From an uncultured bacterium (GTDB taxonomy: Bacteria; Patescibacteriota; Minisyncoccia; Phycocordibacterales; Phycocordibacteraceae): a stretch of DNA of 64,000 nt. The stretch covers positions 61,813-125,812 of the forward strand of contig CAWKPH010000001.1 of the NCBI GenBank assembly GCA_963851445.1, read 5' to 3'. Numbering within the stretch: the first letter of the stretch is position 1; every line of letters starts with the position of its first letter. Position numbers and translations under genes: made by a program. Shown piece after piece: positions 19,604-27,825 of the stretch. The notes beneath the pieces were generated by a model. It worked only from the letters and a program-made list of their open reading frames with translations. It searched no databases and was not told the origin of the DNA.

Positions 19604-21445
19604 CTAATGCGATGCAATGAACGCAATGGTCGATGGTCCGAGAACGCCTGTGCCCACAGAAAGATTGAATGGTGCAAGTATGTTTGTGGTGTGAGCTTCC
19701 TGGAATTTGACAAGTGCGTTAAAAGTGAGCGTGCCAAAATAATCGGTTTCTTGTCCTGGAGAACCTGTGCCTGCGGCGGCAATTGTAAAGCCATGGGAAT
19801 TGAGATACTGCTGAAGTGCCATCACGTCGCTACCCTCCATGCCACGTTCTAGATAACGCTTGAAGGCAACACTTGTAGCAGAGGTTGAGCTACCGACTTC
19901 TGCCACCGGTGGAGCAGCGATTGATGGAACAACGACCGGAAGCGAGGAGGAGGCAACGGGTGGGAAAAGATTTGGCCACTCTGTTTCAAGTGCCTGAGCT
20001 GCCTTTGTATTACCCGTGCTATTAAGATACGTTACTTGTGAAGTTACCGAACCGCCGCCCGAAACGCCTTCGTCGTTTGGTGCAATCGTATCAATGACAT
20101 AGTTAGCGGAAGTCGAAGGTGAAATTACACCGGTGATCTTGGTTACGCTGTCTCCTCCAGAAATCTCGTTGTTATTATTATTTGCGGTCCACATGTTCGT
20201 ACCGTCGAAGGCAATTTCAGCAGGACTGAAACCGACACCGGTGTATGTGACCATCGTGCCGTTAGGGGCAATCTCAGTGACAGCACCTTCCTCAGTACCG
20301 GGAACACCAAAATCAGTCACCCACATATTTGTGCCGTCGAAGGCGATACCATTGGGGCCGTCGCCAGTGCCAGTATATGTGGTTATCGCACCGGATGGGG
20401 TTATCTTCGAGACACTCTTGCTGTTGTTTTCAAAATCAAAGTATGGTGCGGGGCTGAAGCCACCGTAGTTGGCAGTCCACATATTTGTGCCGTCGAAGGC
20501 GATGCCGATGGGTCCAAGCCCAGTCCCTGAATAGCTTGTTGAGGTGCCTGTTGGAGATATTTTTGTAACACTGTCGCCGCTGCCGGTATCGTTACTGCCA
20601 TAGTTAGCGGTCCACATATTTGTGCCGTCGAAGGCGATGGATTGGGGTCCCGGAGTCGTGGTGGCGGTGAGGAGTACAGCGCTCGTAGAAGCAATTTCGG
20701 TGACGATACCTGGAGAGACGCCGTCAACGTAACTTGATACCCACATATTTGTGCCATCGAAGGCGATGTCGTCTGGAGCTTGCGCTACGGTAATGGGAGA
20801 ACCGATGATAGAACCATTTAAACCAAGCTCTCTTACTGTGGTACCGTTGCCTGATCCTACACCGAGAGGACCTCCATAATTTGTTACCCACAGGTGCGTG
20901 CCGTCGAAGGCGATGCCGGAAGGACCATCGAAGCCGCTGTATGCGGTGACGGTGCCGCTTGGAGTGATCTTGTCTACGTCGTCGTTATTCCCATTCGTTA
21001 CCCACATGTTCGTACCATCAAAGGCGATGCCGTAGGGCTGGTTAAAGCTCGGGTCTTTATAGGTCGTGCCTATCACTTTCCCTTTTACACTAATTACATT
21101 TGTTCCTGCACTCGTGTTTGCACTCGGAGTGAACGTCGCTGTATAGACGTCGGGGTTTGTGGTGGATGCAAGATTCGTGAGGATGCCGTTTGTCGCTGAT
21201 GTATCGCTAGCAGTAAAGTCGAGCGGCGCTGCTGGGAAGGTAAAGGTAACGGTCGCAGTTTGACCGACGCCCAAATTAGAATTGCTGATCGTAATAGTCG
21301 GTCCTGCAAGTGGAGCAGGCATGGATCCCGAAGTCGTAAGCGGAAGTATGCCATTAAAAGAAGCAAACGCAGACAAAGGGAGCATAAACGAAAGTGCGAG
21401 CATAATGACCGCACCCAAGGTATGAGGCCGATAGATTGTTTTCAT
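19604..21445 (-). CDS. Secreted surface protein: Ig-like domain + 7-repeat beta-propeller + C-terminal peptidoglycan-binding domain
   Basis: Signal peptide; seven PxxIAFDGT(N/H)(M/L)W repeats; C-terminal GSDVMALQQYLN...GSPGQETDYFG...ALVKFQ. Confidence 0.85.
   Translation of the reverse strand: MKTIYRPHTLGAVIMLALSFMLPLSAFASFNGILPLTTSGSMPAPLAGPTITISNSNLGVGQTATVTFTFPAAPLDFTASDTSATNGILTNLASTTNPDVYTATFTPSANTSAGTNVISVKGKVIGTTYKDPSFNQPYGIAFDGTNMWVTNGNNDDVDKITPSGTVTAYSGFDGPSGIAFDGTHLWVTNYGGPLGVGSGNGTTVRELGLNGSIIGSPITVAQAPDDIAFDGTNMWVSSYVDGVSPGIVTEIASTSAVLLTATTTPGPQSIAFDGTNMWTANYGSNDTGSGDSVTKISPTGTSTSYSGTGLGPIGIAFDGTNMWTANYGGFSPAPYFDFENNSKSVSKITPSGAITTYTGTGDGPNGIAFDGTNMWVTDFGVPGTEEGAVTEIAPNGTMVTYTGVGFSPAEIAFDGTNMWTANNNNNEISGGDSVTKITGVISPSTSANYVIDTIAPNDEGVSGGGSVTSQVTYLNSTGNTKAAQALETEWPNLFPPVASSSLPVVVPSIAAPPVAEVGSSTSATSVAFKRYLERGMEGSDVMALQQYLNSHGFTIAAAGTGSPGQETDYFGTLTFNALVKFQEAHTTNILAPFNLSVGTGVLGPSTIAFIASH
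20185..21030 (-). repeat. Seven intragenic repeats encoding propeller blades
   Basis: CCACATATTTGTGCCGTCGAAGGCGAT-like unit recurs seven times in the coding frame. Confidence 0.85.
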
Positions 21446-21695
21446 ACTTAAACTATATCATCCGATATTGCGCTCAACTCTCAACGATGAGGCAACCCTG
21501 CCCAGCAGCAAGGGCTTCGCATTCCACTGTTAAGCTTTGAGATTCCTTTTTTGATACAGATGCTGTTTCGAATCCGAATCTTCTTTGGAAAAGCCTTGCT
21601 TGCTCTTTGCGTGAGTCCTTGGAAATCTGTACGAGGTTTCTCGCACGCTATAAAAAGTGACAAAAGTGACAGAGGAACGCACTTCTAGGTGTCAC

Positions 21696-22220
21696 TTAAA
21701 TAGTTACATCCATCTGTAACGTTTCCTTAATTTCATTCAGCGTTTCTTGGATATTCTTGTCTTTTGTATCTATAACAACCGCATCTAATCGCTCCTTTCT
21801 AAGCGCATCAGCTTTCTCCCACAACTTTCCCACCTTTTCTGGAGTAAGAAGGCTTCCCGGCCTATATCCACGCTCGTCTGCACGCGCTTGGGTGGTGGCT
21901 TTGTCAGCAAACAAGAGAAACTCGTATACCTCTGCGTTGTACTTCTTGGCTACAGCAATAAACAACTCAAGAGTATCTGAGTACGAAATAGCCTTATCAA
22001 TAATTACGCTCTGCCCATTTCTAAAGGCTCCGTCGATGGCGCCTGCTGCTTTCTCATAAGCAAGGCTGAGACTTTCTTCCTGGTTTTCCTTGTAGTCTGG
22101 TATCGAGCGGCGAATCTCATCTACATCAATAAGAACCGAGTTCGGCATATCTGCATGTAGTAATGTCGAAATTGTAGACTTGCCCACTCCCGACGGACCA
22201 TTGAGGATGATAAGTTTCAT
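21696..22220 (-). CDS. P-loop kinase (AAA_33-like)
   Basis: IILNGPSGVGKST, IDVDEIR, lid RADERG. Confidence 0.8.
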   Translation of the reverse strand: MKLIILNGPSGVGKSTISTLLHADMPNSVLIDVDEIRRSIPDYKENQEESLSLAYEKAAGAIDGAFRNGQSVIIDKAISYSDTLELFIAVAKKYNAEVYEFLLFADKATTQARADERGYRPGSLLTPEKVGKLWEKADALRKERLDAVVIDTKDKNIQETLNEIKETLQMDVTI

Positions 22221-22228
22221 ATTTCCGC

Positions 22229-22729
22229 TTAGCCTATTAGCTTCTTAAGTTCTGCGACATCTATACGATCTGATTCCCGTTGCCACATGAGCATCTCTTT
22301 GTTTTTTATGATAAGTGCCTTGGAAAGAAGTGGTAATTTGAATCTCTGCCATTCGACTACTTCAACATTAGGGAAACCGTCTTTGTAGAAATTCTCGTAC
22401 TTTTGGATTTCCTTATCAAAAATATCCATCTCGGACATAGGACAGATATCCAAAATTTCCATCACTTCTACGTTGTAGTTGTCGTAGTTCTGGTCAAAAA
22501 AATGTTCGAGGGGACTCGTGATGTATGGCTCCACAATTGAGAGAAATTCCTTGAAGACAGCGTCATCTTTGGAGACTTCAATATCAATGTCAATGTCCGT
22601 GATACTGCGAGGTACACCGTACACGTAGCATGCAAATCCACCCGTGATGCACCAGCGCAAATTGAGCTTTTCAAGAATCGGAATTATATACGTAAGCGCT
22701 TCATATGCTTTTTGCTGTTCGGGACTCAT
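22229..22729 (-). CDS. Nucleotidyltransferase-fold protein
   Basis: ITGGFACYVYGVPRSITDIDID (G-G...DxD) and C-terminal RESDRIDV; start placed at MSPEQ. Confidence 0.65.
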   Translation of the reverse strand: MSPEQQKAYEALTYIIPILEKLNLRWCITGGFACYVYGVPRSITDIDIDIEVSKDDAVFKEFLSIVEPYITSPLEHFFDQNYDNYNVEVMEILDICPMSEMDIFDKEIQKYENFYKDGFPNVEVVEWQRFKLPLLSKALIIKNKEMLMWQRESDRIDVAELKKLIG

Positions 22730-22740
22730 GTTGAATTTTT

Positions 22741-23091
22741 CTAAGCAAACTTCCGAATCAGGATGAAAGCAAGACAAACGAGTCCGAATATCGCTGCCCA
22801 AAAAACAGCTGCCGAAGCTAAATCCTTACTGCGTCCAATTGCTTCATCACGTGCAGGGTGGATCTTGCTGAGCGCCATTTCAATTGCTGAATTCTGTAAC
22901 TCAGTGACTATTACAAAGAACCAGCAGAATGTAAGTAATAGCATGTCATCCGGAGAAAGATCGAATAAGAAATAAACAATTGGGAGTCCAATAACAGCAA
23001 GCGCGATATCGATTTGGATAGCGCTATCATGCGTAAGAGCGTAGAGCAATCCACGAAACGGGTGTGAGAATCTTGTAATCCAATACTTCAT
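22741..23091 (-). CDS. dgkA: Diacylglycerol/undecaprenol kinase family protein
   Basis: ELQNSAIE and KDLASAAV motifs, three TM helices. Confidence 0.85.
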   Translation of the reverse strand: MKYWITRFSHPFRGLLYALTHDSAIQIDIALAVIGLPIVYFLFDLSPDDMLLLTFCWFFVIVTELQNSAIEMALSKIHPARDEAIGRSKDLASAAVFWAAIFGLVCLAFILIRKFA

Positions 23092-23115
23092 AACATCATT
23101 TTACCTTGAGAATCA

Positions 23116-23418
23116 TTACCTTTTAGCTTTTTTCTTGCGCAGTATCCCTCGTACCGACTGGCTGATTGGCTTGTCAGTTCGGTGAATGCAGCCTATCCAG
23201 CAACACGGTCGCCTCATCCCCTCGATGAGTTCCGAACATACTCTTCTCACATGATCTTTCCGCGTCTCCGGGGTCTTAACTGAGATGGTCCAGCAAATCC
23301 ATTCATTCCGTGCGAGCGGCGTAATGTCTTCCCATGCAGCGAGCGCTTTCGGTGAAGTAACGAGTGCCTTCTTTAAATCTGCAGGTAACTTATGCGCAGT
23401 TCCTGATGATACTTTCAT
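23116..23418 (-). CDS. YdeI/OmpD-associated family protein
   Basis: LPADLKKAL...WEDITPLARNEWICW...RRPCCW. Confidence 0.8.
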   Translation of the reverse strand: MKVSSGTAHKLPADLKKALVTSPKALAAWEDITPLARNEWICWTISVKTPETRKDHVRRVCSELIEGMRRPCCWIGCIHRTDKPISQSVRGILRKKKAKR

Positions 23419-23519
23419 AACAGCATATTAACATTTAACTTTCTGTGCCTGTCCATGAATGGCACTGGGTCTAGTATATAAAGTTAAGGTTTAAAGAGTT
23501 GGTTCGAGTCTTAGAGAGG

Positions 23520-24197
23520 TCACCACACAAACGGCACTAAGTGATATTTCACTTTCTTCTCGTACTCCACATAGCCCGGAAGATCTCTTGCCAATACTCG
23601 CTCTTCGTCAAGAAGTCTCCAAACGAGTACTAGTGTGAAAAGAACGAGCGTAAGGAGTCCCCACCACGAACCAAGTGCAAGTGGAGTCCCCAGAATGAGG
23701 ATGAGAGCTCCGCTGTACATAGGATGTCGGACCCAGGCGTATGTACCAGTAGAGATGACCTTCTGTCCGCTATCTACTTCAATAAGTGCAGAAGCGTACG
23801 TGTTTTCTTTAAAGACAAGGAATACGATATAGAAACCAATCACAACAAGAATATCGCCTATAATGCTTACATACGATGGCACTATGGACCAGCCGAAGCG
23901 ATGATCAAGTGCTGGAAGAATAATGACTAAAAGGAATGAGACCTGGGCAATGGATTGTATTATCTTCTGACTTGTCTCTTTCTCGTTGAGCGGACCTGCG
24001 CTTATTCGCCGCTCCAAAAGCTTCGGGTCGCTTTTCATCAAGTTGATGGTGATCGCGAAAGCCGGCCCAAAGAACGCTATGAGGAAAACCCATGCTTGCC
24101 AGTAATTAAAGGTCCATGCTGAAATAAAGAGCATTGCTGCCGTGACAGCGAGAAGTGTAAGAGATCCAATAACTGCTTTTAGGTTCACATTTTTCAT
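23520..24197 (-). CDS. Isoprenylcysteine carboxyl methyltransferase (ICMT/PEMT) family protein
   Basis: QKVISTGTYAWVRHPMYSG, RLLDEERVL, LPGYVEY. Confidence 0.88.
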   Translation of the reverse strand: MKNVNLKAVIGSLTLLAVTAAMLFISAWTFNYWQAWVFLIAFFGPAFAITINLMKSDPKLLERRISAGPLNEKETSQKIIQSIAQVSFLLVIILPALDHRFGWSIVPSYVSIIGDILVVIGFYIVFLVFKENTYASALIEVDSGQKVISTGTYAWVRHPMYSGALILILGTPLALGSWWGLLTLVLFTLVLVWRLLDEERVLARDLPGYVEYEKKVKYHLVPFVW

Positions 24198-24210
24198 CGT
24201 AAAGCTTGAA

Positions 24211-24885
24211 TTAGAAAATTCCCGGTATTAGGTGCCAGTGAACCTTCGCTTGATATTCCGTATAGCCCGATAGATTTAATGCAAGAAATTTTTCTTCGTC
24301 AAATAATCGCCAAACAAAACCTAGAGCCAGGAGAACAACTGGAACAAGTCCCCAATAAGAGCCCAGAGCCAAAGATATACCGATGAAATAGAGTATCGCA
24401 CATGAATACATTGGGTTTCGCACGATTGCATAGGGACCGGTTGAAACGACTTTTTGATCTTTCGTCACCTCGATACTCGCGGAACCAAAAGAATTTTCCT
24501 TGAACACTCGATACACCATCCACATGCTCAGTATGATGATGAGGTCGCCCATGATGGGAACCCAGGATGGCGCGCTCGACCATACAAAACGGTGATCGAA
24601 CCCGGGAACAATGAATGTAGCGATGAGCGGCACTCCTAGAGCCCATACTATGATCTTTTGGATAGGCCGGTGTTCTTCGGTTGGTCCACCTCGAGTTCTA
24701 TTTTCGAGTAGTATCGGATCGTTAGTTATGTAAAGGGTTATGGGGATGCTCGTCACGACGACGACTCCAAGAAATAGCCATGCCTGCCAGTACTGTATGG
24801 TCCCAGCCGAAAGAAATATTGCAAGTCCCATAAGGATAATTGTTATAACAAATCCGAACCAGGCTCCTGCTTTAGGATTCTTCAT
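24211..24885 (-). CDS. ICMT/PEMT family protein (tandem paralog)
   Basis: QKVVSTGPYAIVRNPMYS, RLFDEEKFL, LSGYTEY. Confidence 0.88.
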   Translation of the reverse strand: MKNPKAGAWFGFVITIILMGLAIFLSAGTIQYWQAWLFLGVVVVTSIPITLYITNDPILLENRTRGGPTEEHRPIQKIIVWALGVPLIATFIVPGFDHRFVWSSAPSWVPIMGDLIIILSMWMVYRVFKENSFGSASIEVTKDQKVVSTGPYAIVRNPMYSCAILYFIGISLALGSYWGLVPVVLLALGFVWRLFDEEKFLALNLSGYTEYQAKVHWHLIPGIF

Positions 24886-24992
24886 GACTTAAGGATAGCA
24901 CTATTCGACCATTCTCGGATTCGAACTGATTTCGCGTCCAAGAATATGAAAGCCCTTGGTCTTTCGATATTTCGATTCGAGTCTCAGAGGGA

Positions 24993-25595
24993 TCAGAATG
25001 ATCCTGTTTTGACTTCGCCTGCGCGTTGAAAATTAGCGATGATGACACCACTCGGGGTATGTATGCATTTCTCCAAAGTAAAAGCTGCAGGAATCGTACC
25101 AACTTCGAAAAGTCGTTTCCCGACACCGAGCGTAATGGGGAAAATTTTGAGCCAAAGCTCGTCAACAAGATCGTATTTAAGAAGTGTCTGGATGAAATTC
25201 CCACTGCCGTGCACCTGCAATTCCAGACCATCTTGCTGCTTCAATTTCTGGATTTCACCGATCACATTTTCTTTGAGCACAACTGTCTTCTCCCAATCGG
25301 TTTCAAGTGGCGTAGTGCTGGCGACGTATTTCGTTGCTTTGTTGATGCTGTTTCCAATCGGGTTGTCATTATGGAGCGGCCAATACGACTTGAAGATGTC
25401 GTATGTCTTCCTGCCGAGGAGCAAGTCGAACGGATGTTCCAATTGCTCAAGCATCACTTTGCCGCCAACCTCGTCCATATACGGAACTGTCCATCCGCCG
25501 TATTTGAAATCACCCGAAGTATCTTCTTGCGGGCCTCCTGGCGCCTGCATAACACCGTCGAGTGTAACAAAAGACAGGACAATTATCTTTCTCAT
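24993..25595 (-). CDS. Dihydrofolate reductase / RibD C-terminal family protein
   Basis: SFVTLDGVMQAPGGP, LLGRKTY, VHGSG, LVDELWLKIFPITLGVGKRLF. Confidence 0.9.
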   Translation of the reverse strand: MRKIIVLSFVTLDGVMQAPGGPQEDTSGDFKYGGWTVPYMDEVGGKVMLEQLEHPFDLLLGRKTYDIFKSYWPLHNDNPIGNSINKATKYVASTTPLETDWEKTVVLKENVIGEIQKLKQQDGLELQVHGSGNFIQTLLKYDLVDELWLKIFPITLGVGKRLFEVGTIPAAFTLEKCIHTPSGVIIANFQRAGEVKTGSF

Positions 25596-25766
25596 CCAGA
25601 GATTTTAACACACCAAGATGATGACCTTTCTCGGATTCGAACTCAATCTATGACTTACATACTCATCTCGAATCTTAGACCCGTTATGACTCCTCTAGGA
25701 AATTATTTTCCGCTCGCCAAACGGCGCCTTAGATATTCGCATGTGTCCTGGTCGTTCGATACTTAA

Positions 25767-26262
25767 CTAGACTGCTGGAAGTGTGGAACGATATCCGAAC
25801 AGAATTAGCTTTTTCTTCTGTTCAATAAAGTCACAGAAAATTGAAGAATGGTAGCGAATGTTACCCACGCGAGATACGGGAGATTACTATACGCAATCCA
25901 AGGTGCATATGTATATACAGAAAGAAGAGCCCACACTAAGGTAATGTCGACGAGCAATATATCGACAAGAGCAAGCGAGAAGTTCTGTAATCGGAATTGA
26001 ATAGTTGTGTAAGAGAAATTAAAAATTAGATTCAATAGAAACGGGAGTATTACTACAAAAGGCACTCCTTTATTAAAATATTCCAAGAATATATATCCAA
26101 AAGAAATTACGATCACTACGTAAAGAACCGTCCATACAGGAGCGAATAGCCATGCGGGAGGCGACCACGACGGTTTTCGGTATTCTTTGTATCTAGAGTC
26201 ATTCTTCATTCAAAAAGTATAGCCCATCTAGATTGGCTGGGAGTCTGGTACGACGTGGGAAC
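25767..26262. repeat. ~35-bp imperfect direct repeat flanking tspO
   Basis: CTAGACTG-CTGGAAGTGTGGAACGATATCCGAAC (25767-25800) vs CTAGATTGGCTGGGAGTCTGGTACGACGTGGGAAC (26228-26262): 26/35 by hand alignment. Confidence 0.65.
25805..26209 (-). CDS. tspO: TspO/MBR family tryptophan-rich sensory protein
   Basis: KPSWSPPAWLFAPVWTVLY and PYLAWVTFATIL. Confidence 0.9.
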   Translation of the reverse strand: MKNDSRYKEYRKPSWSPPAWLFAPVWTVLYVVIVISFGYIFLEYFNKGVPFVVILPFLLNLIFNFSYTTIQFRLQNFSLALVDILLVDITLVWALLSVYTYAPWIAYSNLPYLAWVTFATILQFSVTLLNRRKS

Positions 26263-26271
26263 CTTTTTGCG

Positions 26272-26910
26272 CTAGCGTACAGGTTGTCCAGCTAGGATTT
26301 GGAATACAAATTGCAAAAGCATAAATTGGTCGTAAATATCCTTCATTATCTCGCTTAAGGTTTCATCCTTCATCGAATTAATCTTTTCTATCAATTCAGG
26401 ATTCTCGGGATACCTAAGTAGTAAATTTTTCGGGTCAGGATATGGCCGACCCAAATATAAGTGATTCCTATATTTCAAGATTATCTCGGGTAATTTCTTC
26501 TCCCAGTAAAGAAGTGTTCCTGAATATATAAGAACTTGTGGAAGTTTTGTTTTCTTTCCTTGTATATCTACTTCCACATAATCAAAGGCATTCTCAAGCT
26601 CATCTACAGGAAGTGTTCGAAGAAGTAAGGAAATCTCTTTACCTACTTTCCGAAGGTCATGCTCATTCCGAATAGGTATCTTAAACTGAATGCTATAAGC
26701 CTTCATGGCTAATTCCAACCCATGTTTGAAGAGATAGATGGCCACTCCAATTCCATTTTTCTGTGTTCCCCAATCTTTTCTATCCTGTATCTCTTTAGCT
26801 AAGATTTTTGCATTAGAGAGATATTCTAGCGCAAAGCTAAACCAGTCCAAGAAGCCTTTCTCAAACGGCTGTCCTTCAACAATATTATCTTTGTTTATTC
26901 TTACCGCCAT
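26272..26910 (-). CDS. Putative HEPN-domain protein
   Basis: HGLELAMKA ... EHDL ... RYP arrangement resembles the HEPN EKxLKA/HDL/RYP pattern; DNA looks AT-richer than flanks. Confidence 0.5.
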   Translation of the reverse strand: MAVRINKDNIVEGQPFEKGFLDWFSFALEYLSNAKILAKEIQDRKDWGTQKNGIGVAIYLFKHGLELAMKAYSIQFKIPIRNEHDLRKVGKEISLLLRTLPVDELENAFDYVEVDIQGKKTKLPQVLIYSGTLLYWEKKLPEIILKYRNHLYLGRPYPDPKNLLLRYPENPELIEKINSMKDETLSEIMKDIYDQFMLLQFVFQILAGQPVR

Positions 26911-26945
26911 TTTGAATTAATTATTTAAATGTAACGCGTTTCTTT

Positions 26946-27137
26946 TTAAGGTACACTCCAAGTCCAAGAGCTACCATATATGACCATGCTGTCCATTTTC
27001 GTCCAAAATCTTTTCTCCCACATATTTCTCTCTGGATCTCCACCAAATTTACTACTATTGGCCATCGTCTTATAAACATCCTCAGAAATAAAGATATTTA
27101 AGGAATCATCATTTATGGATGACAACTTTACGGCATA
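26946..27137 (-). pseudogene. C-terminal fragment of a class III nucleotidyl cyclase (PycC-like)
   Basis: YAVKLSS...IFISEDVY...KFGGDP...MWEKRFW...WTW resembles the NYAAKLS...ITxxVY tail of small stand-alone cyclases; N-terminal catalytic part absent. Confidence 0.5.
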
Positions 27138-27316
27138 AAGCATTTCAATCGAAAATTCTAGGACAGAAGGAAGAAGAATGTAAGGCGAAGGAGGTAGATA
27201 TAAGAAACTATGCCAAATATCTCTTACGTGAAGGAGCTGACGTAGAGAAGCGAGAATTGCTCGGATGCCTTAGAAGCAAAATACTTTTAAGCGACAAGAC
27301 TATTTCTCTCGGCTAG
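27137..27316 (+). pseudogene. C-terminal fragment of a putative large serine recombinase
   Basis: FQSKILG...VDIRNYAKYLLREG..EKRELLGCLRSKILL resembles, from recall, C-termini of CPR 'recombinase family' proteins; no catalytic N-terminus. Confidence 0.5.
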
Positions 27317-27825
27317 GCTGTGTAATTCGTCTCAATATTTAGCTGAGCTTTTATTTCAAGTGCACGCGCCATCAGATGATCGCCTATCTCCCCCCAATCG
27401 AAATACTCCTTATAGTCCTTAGGGTCTATTAATTTTATCTCGGTAATATCTCCGTCGGGATCACTTACAAAATTTCCATACGGTTCGACCAAACAAACAG
27501 AGCGCGTCTGCGAGATGATCCCTTCAGAATTGTGAATATCTTGATAGCCAATAAATCGCTGTTTAAGTACACGCATGTTAGTTTCCTCTTTTACTTCACG
27601 GCTCACAGCTTCTCGAGCAGTTTCTCCTTCTTCAACACCTCCCCCGGGAGGAGTCCAATACCCTTTATTCTTTGCATACACGATAACTAACTGGTCTTTA
27701 TAGAAACAATATGCGTGAACTCCACTAATCTTTTTATCGCCATAATCTAGCTCACTATTAATATCGTGGTATTCAACTTTTAGTACTTCACCTGAAGCGT
27801 TAGTTAGATTTGATGAGATGTTCAT
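27313..27825 (-). CDS. NUDIX hydrolase
   Basis: Nudix box GGGVEEGETAREAVSREVKEETN. Confidence 0.92.
   Translation of the reverse strand: MNISSNLTNASGEVLKVEYHDINSELDYGDKKISGVHAYCFYKDQLVIVYAKNKGYWTPPGGGVEEGETAREAVSREVKEETNMRVLKQRFIGYQDIHNSEGIISQTRSVCLVEPYGNFVSDPDGDITEIKLIDPKDYKEYFDWGEIGDHLMARALEIKAQLNIETNYTA

Larger units (their letters stand above)
23501..25686. repeat. Family of ~20-bp T-arm-like repeats in both orientations (consensus GTTCGARTCYNAGA...)
   Basis: Forward copies at 23501-23522, 24974-24995 and 25665-25686. Reverse copies at 24907-24927 and 25623-25643 share 20/21 nt (GACCWTTCTCGGATTCGAACT). Confidence 0.75.

Noticed and set aside
20185-21030. Regularly spaced ~27-bp repeats resembling a CRISPR array
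   Set aside because: They are in-frame propeller repeats inside a 613-aa ORF, spaced over 100 nt apart, with synonymous variation and no cas genes.
25026-25766. 246-aa and 189-aa plus-strand ORFs
   Set aside because: Antisense to the well-supported DHFR-like gene.
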